Below are positions 1 to 9,508 of a DNA stretch of 64,000 nucleotides, piece by piece. The DNA comes from an uncultured archaeon. GTDB lineage: Archaea; Thermoproteota; Nitrososphaeria_A; Caldarchaeales; Wolframiiraptoraceae. Under the pieces are notes generated by a model. It saw nothing but the letters and a program-made list of their open reading frames with translations, did no database searches and had not been told where the DNA came from. Every line of letters starts with the position of its first letter. The stretch's first letter is position 1. A program made the position numbers and the translations under genes. The stretch is taken from NCBI GenBank assembly GCA_938083505.1, contig CALKCF010000006.1, positions 119,047-183,046 on the forward strand, given 5' to 3'.

Positions 1-792
1 CCGTATCAAGTAATCTTACAGTCGATCAACTTTAGTGAGGCAAAGTTGGAGCGAAGCTTGAAAAAGCTTCATGAACTAAGACTCATCTGGAGTCCGAGAG
101 GCAAGAAGATAGCATACGTGTTAAACTACCTTGGTTTGGATGCTCTCGCCCTAAGAACGCTTTCACTAAAGGGAATAGTATCCGGACTGGGCATGTCCAT
201 AGGTGTGGGAAAAGAGGCTGACGTTTACGACGCGATAACCCGCGAAGGTAAGAGAGTTGCGGTGAAGTTCTTCAGGATCGGAAGGCCGAGCTTTAAAAAG
301 TACGAAAGGGTCAGAGAATCCTTGGTTAGGGTTCATAACTACCTAGAAGCGTCGATCAGGGCAGCTTACATGGAATTTAAAGCCCTGTTGATGCTTAAAG
401 GAAAGGTACCGGTTCCTTCACCACTCTATAGGACGAGGCACGTCGTAGTAACCGAGCTGTTTGAAGGGGTCGAGCTCGCTTTGCTTTCTAAACTCGAGAA
501 CGCCGAAGAGGTCTTGTTAAAGATAATCGACGCCATAAAGTCCGCTTACGAAGCTGGCGTAGTCCATAGGGACCTTAGCGCCTATAACGTCTTGGTTAAA
601 GCCGACGGGGGCATAATATTGATAGACTGGCCTCAATGGGTTGAAAAGAACCATCCACAAGCACCCCTTTACTTGGAAAGGGATGTTAAGAACATACTGA
701 GTTTTTTTGCCAGAAAATGGAATATTTGGAACATACCTCCGGAATATGAAAAGATTATTGACGAGCTCCTTGGAAAAAGTATTAATATATAA
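1..792 (+). CDS. rio2: RIO2-type Ser/Thr kinase (5' end runs off window)
   Basis: GVGKEADVY, AVKFFRIGR, HRDLSAYNVL, IDWPQ motifs; frame open back to position 1, with an N-terminal wHTH-like segment. Confidence 0.9.
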   Translation, partial: PYQVILQSINFSEAKLERSLKKLHELRLIWSPRGKKIAYVLNYLGLDALALRTLSLKGIVSGLGMSIGVGKEADVYDAITREGKRVAVKFFRIGRPSFKKYERVRESLVRVHNYLEASIRAAYMEFKALLMLKGKVPVPSPLYRTRHVVVTELFEGVELALLSKLENAEEVLLKIIDAIKSAYEAGVVHRDLSAYNVLVKADGGIILIDWPQWVEKNHPQAPLYLERDVKNILSFFARKWNIWNIPPEYEKIIDELLGKSINI

Positions 793-825
793 ATAACAAA
801 ACAACAGTGGTAGGGTCAAGGCGAT

Positions 826-1509
826 ATGGGTTTTTACCGATCACCTATAATATTATGTATTGTTGGCATAGCGATTGCACTCATACCAACGGTCTTTTAT
901 ATCGCGTACTCTCAAGAAGTTAGTTTTTTAAAAACGTTAGAAATTGAGATTATGAGCGGCGTACCAGCATACTTAGGGCTTTCGTTCGCAGGCCTCATAG
1001 TAACGCTCTTAGGATTGATAACTTTTGTAAGATCCATTAGGCGTGTAGAAGGACCCAGTATATTATACAGTGGAAGACTTTCGACGTCTAGGATTGCAAT
1101 ACCGACTCAAGTAAGAAGACCTACAGTCCAGCAACCACCAGTAAAGCTTATCGAAGAGGTTGTTGAATCTATAAATAAAGAGTTAGAAGATGCCATGAAG
1201 AGAATAACCATGAAGCAACCTACACCCCACTCGACACCACAGCAAGAAGCTCCACAGAAGATTTCCATAAAAGTGATTACGGCTGGTATGGATGAAGTAT
1301 GCCCATCTTGCGGAGCTATAAACCCTTTGGGTCAGAAGGTATGCACTGAGTGCGGAGCAGACATTTATATTGAAGACCCCAACTTTCCGAGCTGTCCGGT
1401 ATGCGGCGCTCCTTTAAAGGACCCACAAAAGGTAGACGATAAAATATGTGTTTGTAAGGTGTGCTTCAGTGAGTTAGAGATTCCAAAGAAGCTTTCGAAA
1501 AAGCTTTAA
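826..1509 (+). CDS. Membrane protein with two N-terminal TM helices and C-terminal double zinc ribbon
   Basis: Two hydrophobic helices; four CxxC pairs (CPSC, CTEC, CPVC, CKVC). Confidence 0.75.
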   Translation: MGFYRSPIILCIVGIAIALIPTVFYIAYSQEVSFLKTLEIEIMSGVPAYLGLSFAGLIVTLLGLITFVRSIRRVEGPSILYSGRLSTSRIAIPTQVRRPTVQQPPVKLIEEVVESINKELEDAMKRITMKQPTPHSTPQQEAPQKISIKVITAGMDEVCPSCGAINPLGQKVCTECGADIYIEDPNFPSCPVCGAPLKDPQKVDDKICVCKVCFSELEIPKKLSKKL

Positions 1510-1549
1510 GTATGATAAAAATATGTAAAACTAAGAATGCGTGATCTAT

Positions 1550-1792
1550 ATGCCAACGATTGAAAGACCTTTGACACTTATTGCTAAATACCTCAATAAA
1601 CCAATTAAAGTTGTCTTAAAGAATGACTTAGTTTATGGCGGGATGATGGTAGAGTGCGACAGTTATATGAACCTTGTGATAGAGAAGGCTGCTGAGTATC
1701 AAGGGAACGGAAAGAAGGTACAGTACTCAAAGGTCCTGATACGCGGAAACAATATAATCTACATCCAGTTAACTCCCGTTTTAGAGGATTAA
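1550..1792 (+). CDS. Sm-like archaeal protein (SmAP/LSm)
   Basis: Sm1 (V.LKN...Y.G.....D.YMNLV) and Sm2 (LIRGNNI) motifs; adjacent to MAT as in crenarchaea; ATG 1550 preferred over GTG 1541. Confidence 0.9.
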   Translation: MPTIERPLTLIAKYLNKPIKVVLKNDLVYGGMMVECDSYMNLVIEKAAEYQGNGKKVQYSKVLIRGNNIIYIQLTPVLED

Positions 1793-1847
1793 TAGTGAGC
1801 ATTAGATTTATACTATAGACGTTACGTCTAACGTCAGCGGAGTTGAC

Positions 1848-3077
1848 ATGAACAGCAACATAATCATAGAATCGTTAAAGCACAAACCCGTTAGTGAACA
1901 TGTCTGCGAATTCGTCGAGCGAAAAGGTTTAGGTCACCCAGATTACATAATAGACTCTGCATGTGAAGCTGCAAGCGTAGCACTCTCGAAGTACTATCTG
2001 CAAAATTTTGGGAAAATCCTGCATCATAACGTCGACAAGGGCCTGCTAGTCGGAGGAAGAGCGACTCCGAGGTTTGGTGGCGGTACTGTTGATGTACCGA
2101 TTTACATACTGGTAGCAGGTCGTGCAACTGTAGAGGTGAATAGCCTAACTGGTAAGACAAGGATTCCGGTAGAGGAGATAATGAGAGAGGCAGTCAAAGA
2201 GTTCATTAGGAAAAACTTCAGGTTTCTTGATGCTGATAAGCATGTAGTGATAGACTTTAAGGTAAGACAAGGCTCGGCTGATCTAAAAGCGATCGTAGAG
2301 GCATCCGATGAGGTGCCGTTGGCAAACGATACATCATTCGGTGTAGGTTATGCTCCCATGACTCAACTGGAAAAGCTTGTCTATGAGTGTGAAAGAATGA
2401 TAAATTCAAAGGATTTCAAAAAGGAAATCCCCGCTAGCGGAGAAGATTGCAAAGTTATGGGCTTACGAATAGACAAGAAGATACACCTAACAGTTGCGGA
2501 CGGTATAGTTAGTAGTCTTACATATAATGTAGATGAATATAAGGCGACGAAGGAAGCAATAAAGGACAAAGTTTTGGACCTAACCTCAAAGTATGCTAGC
2601 GATTTTGATGTTAAAGTTTACGTGAATACAGCTGATATATTCGGTAAGCACCCAGATGAGAATGTCATATACCTAACGGTCACTGGAACTTCTGCAGAAG
2701 CTGGCGACGATGGTAACACAGGTAGAGGCAACAGGGTTAACGGTCTCATAACACCGAACAGACAAATGTCATTAGAGGCGATCGCTGGGAAGAACCCCGT
2801 ATCGCATGTCGGGAAGATATACAACGTTGCTGCCAAGCTGATGGCAGAGAAAATATACGAGGAGACGAAGGGTGTCGAAGAGGTTTACGTAAAGATTCTC
2901 AGCCAGATAGGTAAGCCAATAGACAAGCCGCAGGTCGTCTCGGTTGAGTACATACCCTCAAATGGGTGCAGCGAAAATAGCCTAAACTATGAAATTACGG
3001 AAATAGTGAATGAAGAGCTGAGGAACATCAGGGACATAACAAGGATAGTCTTAGAAGGCAAGATCACGTTATTCTAA
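1848..3077 (+). CDS. mat: S-adenosylmethionine synthetase, archaeal type
   Basis: ERKGLGHPD, HHNVDK, ANDTSFGVG, GEDCKVMG, GRGNRVNGLI, GKNPVSHVGKIYN. Confidence 0.97.
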   Translation: MNSNIIIESLKHKPVSEHVCEFVERKGLGHPDYIIDSACEAASVALSKYYLQNFGKILHHNVDKGLLVGGRATPRFGGGTVDVPIYILVAGRATVEVNSLTGKTRIPVEEIMREAVKEFIRKNFRFLDADKHVVIDFKVRQGSADLKAIVEASDEVPLANDTSFGVGYAPMTQLEKLVYECERMINSKDFKKEIPASGEDCKVMGLRIDKKIHLTVADGIVSSLTYNVDEYKATKEAIKDKVLDLTSKYASDFDVKVYVNTADIFGKHPDENVIYLTVTGTSAEAGDDGNTGRGNRVNGLITPNRQMSLEAIAGKNPVSHVGKIYNVAAKLMAEKIYEETKGVEEVYVKILSQIGKPIDKPQVVSVEYIPSNGCSENSLNYEITEIVNEELRNIRDITRIVLEGKITLF

Positions 3078-3135
3078 AAAGACTATCATTTAATACTTGC
3101 TTGTAACTTATACTTATTATTTTTCGACAAAACCA

Positions 3136-4461
3136 TCACGTTGGTAGATTCAGTAACCTCAATATCGTTATGTAAACCTCGTTCTTTACTGGGAACCATA
3201 TAAAAAACCAAACGAGCTGGGCAGACATTATAGCTGTTAGCAAAATTGTAGTCCAATCACCCCATTCCTTAAGTCGGCTCACACCCATCGCAAGTGCCGG
3301 CACTGTTGCATAAAAGTAAAATGGAAATACCCAACGTTCTAAGATATGCGCTATCGGGAAGTATGGTAAGTAAGTAAACATCGCCCAGCCTAAGATTAGA
3401 ACTTCACTAAAGGTGGCTTGGCCCCTCTTGATGTTGATTACCAGCTTATAGATGTAGATAGGGACGAGAAACCATATTGACCACCATAGCGGACTATAAA
3501 TTCCCCAGTAAGCAACAGGATGGTAAACGGCAGAATCTGACCTAACAGTCTCTACATAATAAGGTGCAGGCCTGAAAGGGTTTATGGGATTTATCCACGA
3601 TAGAGGCATATCAACGTTGGACGGGTCTGTATACTTGAGTATAGTGTGATAGTTTAGCATGAATTTGATATGCTCAAAGGGTGTTTGAAAGGCGCCGTAC
3701 ACGTAGTCATAGAGCCACAGTCCTAAGAGGAAGGTGGCAGCTGCTGGTAGGAATACCTTACCAAGATTTCTAAGTATGAACGAAAGCCTGTCCAACTTAC
3801 GCGTCTCTACTCTAAGACTTTGCGCGATAACGATTATTAATATCGGACCAACCACGCTCAGGAAGCTGAGCTTACAAAGCAATGATAGACCCATGAACAC
3901 ACTTGCCATAACGTATACCTTTTTGAGGGCGAGGTAAATCGCAATAAGTGAGAAACTCATAGCAGGTGCGTCAAGCATAGCTATCGAGCTTAAGTTAAAC
4001 GACATGACATCGGTAGCGAATAGTAGGGATGCGATGCAACCTGCCGACCTTCTGTTAAAAAGTTCTTGGGCTATTAGGCCAACGAGCATTACGGATATTG
4101 CACCAGAAACCGCTATGAAGACCCTCCATCCGGCAGCGTTGCCTATGCCGTCACCGAGGAGCAGCATACCTGCCATGATGATGAATTTGGAGAGGGGAGG
4201 GTGCTCATTGTTTGCCGCCTCATGTTTCATGAGCTTTCTTACTGCTGGAATGTAGTGAGCCTCATCGAAGATGAAGGCACAACTTTCGCCCCTTATCTCC
4301 ATACACGCTTCAGGTGGTGCAGAAGGGTTTGGAATGTTTACTATAAGCAATTTGATAACTAGAATCGTGGCTGTTAATATTATAATGAAGCGCTTTTGAA
4401 AAAATTCGTACATCCTATTAAGATGTATCATCATTAAAGGAGGGGGTTTAAAGTGTATCAT
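3136..4461 (-). CDS. GT-C glycosyltransferase, GT39/PMT-like (lipid-P-sugar-dependent)
   Basis: FIFDEAHYI, NEHPPLSK, GWR, AMLD motifs; many TM helices. Confidence 0.85.
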   Translation of the reverse strand: MIHFKPPPLMMIHLNRMYEFFQKRFIIILTATILVIKLLIVNIPNPSAPPEACMEIRGESCAFIFDEAHYIPAVRKLMKHEAANNEHPPLSKFIIMAGMLLLGDGIGNAAGWRVFIAVSGAISVMLVGLIAQELFNRRSAGCIASLLFATDVMSFNLSSIAMLDAPAMSFSLIAIYLALKKVYVMASVFMGLSLLCKLSFLSVVGPILIIVIAQSLRVETRKLDRLSFILRNLGKVFLPAAATFLLGLWLYDYVYGAFQTPFEHIKFMLNYHTILKYTDPSNVDMPLSWINPINPFRPAPYYVETVRSDSAVYHPVAYWGIYSPLWWSIWFLVPIYIYKLVINIKRGQATFSEVLILGWAMFTYLPYFPIAHILERWVFPFYFYATVPALAMGVSRLKEWGDWTTILLTAIMSAQLVWFFIWFPVKNEVYITILRLLNLPT

Positions 4462-4472
4462 TTATCCAACCT

Positions 4473-6068
4473 TCAGCGGAGTATTTTCGTGACATACGGG
4501 CCTTCCTTTGCATACCCATGTTTGTAGTAGTATTCCCTGACACCCACACCACTTATAACGGCAACCTTTCTACATCTTTCTTCGTTTGCGATATTTTCCG
4601 CCTCAGACAGTAATCTCAAACCGAGGCCCCTATGCTGCCAACTCATGTCCGACGGTTTAACACCCACCGGCGTCATTTGACCATACACGTGCAACTCTCT
4701 CACTAAGGCCGCATTCTTCAGCTCAGGTCTCAAAACTTCTGATGGTATCCTCAATCTGGTGAACCCAAGAAGTACGTCGTTCTTCACATCTTCGTACGAA
4801 ATAAAGTACTCTAAGCCGTTCGACGCTTCATATTTTATGGTCTTTAGTTCTATGTAGTTTGCATCTGGGTAGATTCCTTCCTTTAGGGCCCTATGGCCGA
4901 TTTCACGACACCTTATACACCTGCAAGGTCTGTTCATGTTCTTTAATCTTCTTTCGATTACTTCCCTTAAGTTGTATAGTTTGTTCCCTGCAACCACCAA
5001 CCGCAACGGTATTTCTCTCTGAACCCTAATTATCCTAACGTAATGAGGCACCATATTGAACCATTCATAGAGAACGTCAACAAGCTTCTCGTCGTCATAA
5101 GGCTTATACTTACCCTCCCGCCACATCTCGTAAAGCTCAGTACCCGGAAGAACTAGCGTAGGGTATATCTTCAACATGTCTGGCCTAAAGTTGGGATTGT
5201 TAAATATCTCCTTAAACATCTCCAAATCCTTCTCGTAACTGGATCCTGGTAGATTAGGCATGAGATGGTAGCAAACTTTGAATGCTAAATCCTTCAGTAT
5301 CCTTGTAGATGTAATAACGTCAGCGACTGTGTGACCCCTCTTGCAAATCTCGTAGATTTCATCGTCGAGTGCTTGAACACCCAACTCCACCCTAGTCACG
5401 CCCATCTCGAGAAGGGCATTTGCCTGTCCTAGCGAAACATGATCCGGTCTTGTCTCCACGGTGATTCCGGATATCCTCCTACTGCTGGATTCTGCCTTAG
5501 CTAAAGCCTCCTCGAATGATGCGGCCTCCAGCTCGGCTATCGCTTCCACACAACGTTTCAGAAAGTGACGCTGGAAATCCTCAGGAAAAGCCGTGAAGGT
5601 ACCACCTATTACTATGAGCTCGACCTTATCAACCTCGTGACCCATAGAGCGCAAAATCTCGATTTTTTTCCTCACTTGGAGATACGGGTCATAGGAGCTT
5701 ATGCTAGCTAATTTGACTGCTGCTTCCTCGCCAGTATAGCTCTGGGGCGTACCGTGCTCAACGCCACCCGGACAGTAAACGCACCTACCATGCGGACACT
5801 TACTTGGAGGTGTAACAACTGTAATCACGGATACACCAGAGAGTGTTCTGACAGGTTTTACCCTTAATATGCGGGCGAGCTCTTTTCTCTCATCTTCATC
5901 CTCGACTGTACTCAAAATCTCTAAGTTTGACGGGACGTAACTGAGGTTCAGCTCTTTAGCAATAGATATCTTAAGCCTTGAAACGTTACCGTCAGCACTT
6001 CTATGATACTTCTCTATAAAGGCTTTCACGAAGTCTTTCATCAAAGCTTCTTTCGTCATCATTTCCAT
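4473..6068 (-). CDS. elp3: Elp3 tRNA U34 carboxymethyltransferase (radical SAM + KAT)
   Basis: CPHGRCVYCPGG, PQSYTGEE, GGTF, ETRPD, RVELGVQ, RELHVYG, QHRGLG, ISGVGVREYY. Confidence 0.97.
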   Translation of the reverse strand: MEMMTKEALMKDFVKAFIEKYHRSADGNVSRLKISIAKELNLSYVPSNLEILSTVEDEDERKELARILRVKPVRTLSGVSVITVVTPPSKCPHGRCVYCPGGVEHGTPQSYTGEEAAVKLASISSYDPYLQVRKKIEILRSMGHEVDKVELIVIGGTFTAFPEDFQRHFLKRCVEAIAELEAASFEEALAKAESSSRRISGITVETRPDHVSLGQANALLEMGVTRVELGVQALDDEIYEICKRGHTVADVITSTRILKDLAFKVCYHLMPNLPGSSYEKDLEMFKEIFNNPNFRPDMLKIYPTLVLPGTELYEMWREGKYKPYDDEKLVDVLYEWFNMVPHYVRIIRVQREIPLRLVVAGNKLYNLREVIERRLKNMNRPCRCIRCREIGHRALKEGIYPDANYIELKTIKYEASNGLEYFISYEDVKNDVLLGFTRLRIPSEVLRPELKNAALVRELHVYGQMTPVGVKPSDMSWQHRGLGLRLLSEAENIANEERCRKVAVISGVGVREYYYKHGYAKEGPYVTKILR

Positions 6069-6094
6069 AATCTTACAGACAAAAGGTCTTGCTT

Positions 6095-7108
6095 TTAATC
6101 CTCTTCGTTCTTTAATATTGACAATACCTCAGTATTCAGAAGTGCTATAGCCTTTTGCGGGTTAGGCCCTATTGGTGAGCCGATGACTATGTGTTCGTAG
6201 CCCAGGGACTGTATGGTGAGAAGCTTTTCAGTTACCTGCTTAGGTGTTCCATAAATCGTGAAGTTATCAACCTCATCCTCAACGAGAGACTTGGCTTCTT
6301 GGAGATCCATACGCATAAGTGCCAACCTAACCTTCGATGCTTTTTCTGCGCTTACACCTAACCGTTCGAGGACTGTATCGTTCGAGCCTGCAAGTATGTA
6401 TGCGGCATATGGCAATGCCGCCTTTTTCGCAAGCAAAACGTCGTCCGATATTGAGACAGGAGTATGGGCTACTATGTCAATATTCGATGGGTTTCTTCCA
6501 ACGTTCATGCTTGTATGGTATATTAAATTATACGCATATCTTAACATATCCTCGTCGGAGAAGTTTACAAGTATACCGTCGGCAAAACGTGTCGCCATCT
6601 TGAGCATGTTGTCACCTTGGGCACCAACATAGACGGGGATGTTGTTCTGATCTCCGAAGTTTAGTTTCGCATTTATTAATTTAAACGCAGTGCCGGAAAG
6701 ATTAACGAATTCCCCCCTTAGTAGTCCCTTGATGGAAAGTAACGCATCCCTTACCACACTCACTGGATTGTACCTCTCAAAACCTAGTTGCATAAGGCTC
6801 AGAAAGTCGCCCGCTCCTATGCCGCACACAACCCTACCCTTTGCCAAATCCGTTAGGGTTAAGATGCTCTGGGCTATGTATGCCGGATGATGTATATATG
6901 GGCTTAACACACCAGGACCTATTTTGGTATGCTGAGTAGCTGATGCGATAAAAGCCAAGGCGATGAATACATTTTTGTTATGATAGTGGTCGCTGACCCA
7001 TATCGTATCGAAACAAAGCCCATCGATCACTTTGGCTAACTCTCTAAGGATTGTGAGATGCCATTTTGGTGTAAGTTCTACAGAAAGTTTAAAGGTCAAC
7101 GAGTCCAC
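6095..7108 (-). CDS. mer: Mer-like F420-dependent LLM-class oxidoreductase (methylene-H4MPT reductase family)
   Basis: WVSDHY.N, KIGPGV.SPY..HP, GIGAGD, YVGAQG, GSPIGP. Confidence 0.8.
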   Translation of the reverse strand: MDSLTFKLSVELTPKWHLTILRELAKVIDGLCFDTIWVSDHYHNKNVFIALAFIASATQHTKIGPGVLSPYIHHPAYIAQSILTLTDLAKGRVVCGIGAGDFLSLMQLGFERYNPVSVVRDALLSIKGLLRGEFVNLSGTAFKLINAKLNFGDQNNIPVYVGAQGDNMLKMATRFADGILVNFSDEDMLRYAYNLIYHTSMNVGRNPSNIDIVAHTPVSISDDVLLAKKAALPYAAYILAGSNDTVLERLGVSAEKASKVRLALMRMDLQEAKSLVEDEVDNFTIYGTPKQVTEKLLTIQSLGYEHIVIGSPIGPNPQKAIALLNTEVLSILKNEED

Positions 7109-7214
7109 CGTTTACCATATATGCATTATTTAGTATGCAAAATACTTTAAAATTATGTTTAGAGATCCATTAGGATTGGAAACGGTTATATTTTCATGGG
7201 TTTCCTAAAAACAC

Positions 7215-7949
7215 ATGTTGATCTCAAAAAGGGCGACCATGAAGGGGTATGTATCTCACGGCTGCTACGTGTTTGGTAATAGTTACATTGGCAAAGGCAC
7301 ATTCATCGATACTAATGTTGTGCTAGGTTATCCTTCCAGAAGCAAGCTTTTACAAGTAAAATTCGAAGGTCAGCAAGTGCTTGAAGTTTTAGATAGTTTA
7401 AGCAACGGCACCAGGGTAGGCGATAATTGTATCATAAGGTGCGGTACCGTGATATATGAAGACGTGAATATAGGAAACTGCGTAGAAACTGGCCATAATG
7501 TTCTGATAAGGTCTGGCTCACAAATAGGCGATAATTGTATTATAGGCACAGGAACCCAACTTGACGGTTCTGTAAAAATTGGCAACAATGTCAAAGTGGA
7601 ATCAATGGTATACTTACCTCATTTAACTGAAATCGGCGACAATGTATTTTTGGGACCAGGAGTGAGGGTGACGAACGACCTGTATCCGCCAAGTAAAAGG
7701 CTAGTTGGGGTGCGCATAGAGAACGGTGCCTCTATAGGTTGCGGAGCGATCCTTTTAGCCGGCATAACGATTGGAAAAGGAGCGGTTGTCGCTGCTGGCG
7801 CCGTTGTCACAAGAGACGTCCCGTCTAACGTTGTCGTTAAAGGCATACCCGCCAGATTGCATGCAAGCAAAAACGACTTCTTAAAGAAAAAATCCGATTA
7901 TGAGGCAGGAGCCCATGGTGCAGTATATAAACCATCTACTCATAAATGA
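7215..7949 (+). CDS. Hexapeptide-repeat acyltransferase
   Basis: Repeated IG.. hexapeptides, TNDLYP, VAAGAVVTRDVP, GIPAR. Confidence 0.9.
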   Translation: MLISKRATMKGYVSHGCYVFGNSYIGKGTFIDTNVVLGYPSRSKLLQVKFEGQQVLEVLDSLSNGTRVGDNCIIRCGTVIYEDVNIGNCVETGHNVLIRSGSQIGDNCIIGTGTQLDGSVKIGNNVKVESMVYLPHLTEIGDNVFLGPGVRVTNDLYPPSKRLVGVRIENGASIGCGAILLAGITIGKGAVVAAGAVVTRDVPSNVVVKGIPARLHASKNDFLKKKSDYEAGAHGAVYKPSTHK

Positions 7950-8027
7950 GAGGGTTCTATAATGAATTTTAAGATTAAGTTTAAATTCACAAAATTTATA
8001 TTGACATTCTGCTAAGGAGAGTATGTA

Positions 8028-8336
8028 ATGCCGGATATCTGTCCGCGCTGTGGGTTGCCAACATCGATATGTGCCTGCGGGACCATAAGTCGTGAGCAAC
8101 AGCGTGTTAGAGTGAAGTTAGAGCTTAGGAAATGGGGCAAAGTATCTACCATCGTAGAAGGGCTGGACGGTAGCAAGAAAGATCTGATGGAGATAGCTTC
8201 AAAGCTAAAATCGGTGTGCGCATGCGGCGGCGCTCTCAAAAATGGTGTAATAATACTTCAAGGCGACCATAAAGAGAAGGTAAAAGAGGTTTTAATAAGC
8301 ATAGGTATACAGCCTGAAAATATTGATGTGATATAG
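8028..8336 (+). CDS. Translation initiation factor SUI1 (aIF1)
   Basis: CPRCGLP...C.C, RKWGKVSTIVEG, LKSVCACGG, LQGDH. Confidence 0.95.
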   Translation: MPDICPRCGLPTSICACGTISREQQRVRVKLELRKWGKVSTIVEGLDGSKKDLMEIASKLKSVCACGGALKNGVIILQGDHKEKVKEVLISIGIQPENIDVI

Positions 8337-8349
8337 GGTTAAAATGTGC

Positions 8350-9318
8350 CTAACTGGTGGAACTGACGGCGGAAGGTTGTGTAGACGTCATACCTTCTAG
8401 AACGTCCTTTAGACCTTTGAACCTGTTGCGGACCGTTACCTCTGTTACACCAGCAGCCCTTGCTATGTCTTTCTGTGTTACATTCTGACCAGTCTCTTGA
8501 CATGCCATGTAAAGTGCTGCTGCTGCCATACCTACAGGGTCCTTTCCTACGGTCGCACCTCTTGATGAAGCTAATGTTAGCACCTTAATGGCCTCTTGGA
8601 CAACTTTTTCTTCCAAGTTTAGCTTTGACGCTATCTTGTAGAGATAGATTTTGGGATCGGAAACAGGTACCTTAAGGTTTAAGTGCTTCAAGAGCAAGCG
8701 GTAGCCCTGAGCTATTGTCTTTCTCTTCACCACAGGATATGCCTTCTCGAACTCCCTTAAGTCCCTCGGTGTGTCCATCATCCTGCATGCCGCATAAGTT
8801 GCTGCTGCCATTATGGACCTTATTGACCTTCCTCGAACGAGACCGGCTTTCAGTGCATTCCTGTATATCAGCATAGCCCTCTCTGCAACCGCCTTCGATA
8901 GATGTAGCTTGTCAACATATATTTCAAGAATGTTCACCGCTTGCTGGAGATTTCTAGTCTCAGACGTGTTAACTTGTGATATCGCATCAAGCTTCTTGAG
9001 CCTGAGCATCTTCTCTTTAACTTCTTTGGGAAGCTTCCTACCTGCCGCATCCTTATCCACTTTTTCAATAACTGTCGATAGTCCATGGTCTCTATACATT
9101 ATAGAGAGTGGCGCGCCAACCCTACTACGGCTCTCGTCTTCTTCATCTACGTTCCTCCACTCAGGACCCCAGTCGACGTCCCTCTCAAGGATGACGTAGC
9201 CGCAGACAGGGCAGCTCACTTCACCGGTCTTAGCATCGGTTATCAGGGCTGTGTTTCCACATTCTGGACAGATCATGTCGTCCTTCAAGCCTCTTATTTT
9301 TGGCATACGCTTTCTCAC
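8350..9318 (-). CDS. tfb: Transcription initiation factor IIB
   Basis: Zn ribbon CPEC..CPVCG, D.GPEWR, RVGAP, two cyclin repeats, GVTEVTVRNR. Confidence 0.97.
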   Translation of the reverse strand: MRKRMPKIRGLKDDMICPECGNTALITDAKTGEVSCPVCGYVILERDVDWGPEWRNVDEEDESRSRVGAPLSIMYRDHGLSTVIEKVDKDAAGRKLPKEVKEKMLRLKKLDAISQVNTSETRNLQQAVNILEIYVDKLHLSKAVAERAMLIYRNALKAGLVRGRSIRSIMAAATYAACRMMDTPRDLREFEKAYPVVKRKTIAQGYRLLLKHLNLKVPVSDPKIYLYKIASKLNLEEKVVQEAIKVLTLASSRGATVGKDPVGMAAAALYMACQETGQNVTQKDIARAAGVTEVTVRNRFKGLKDVLEGMTSTQPSAVSSTS

Positions 9319-9508
9319 CTAATTTTTATATAAAGGTTACGAAATCTATAACTAAATTTGCACACTTAGTATATAAGCTTTTTGCTTTTACGGTAAGACG
9401 ATATAACGCATAGACCCTTCTGGTTAGAAGCCGATCTTATACCTTTCGTTACAAATAAGGTAAAGATATTAATAACTATAATATAAGATATTAAGAGAGC
9501 TTCGAAAA

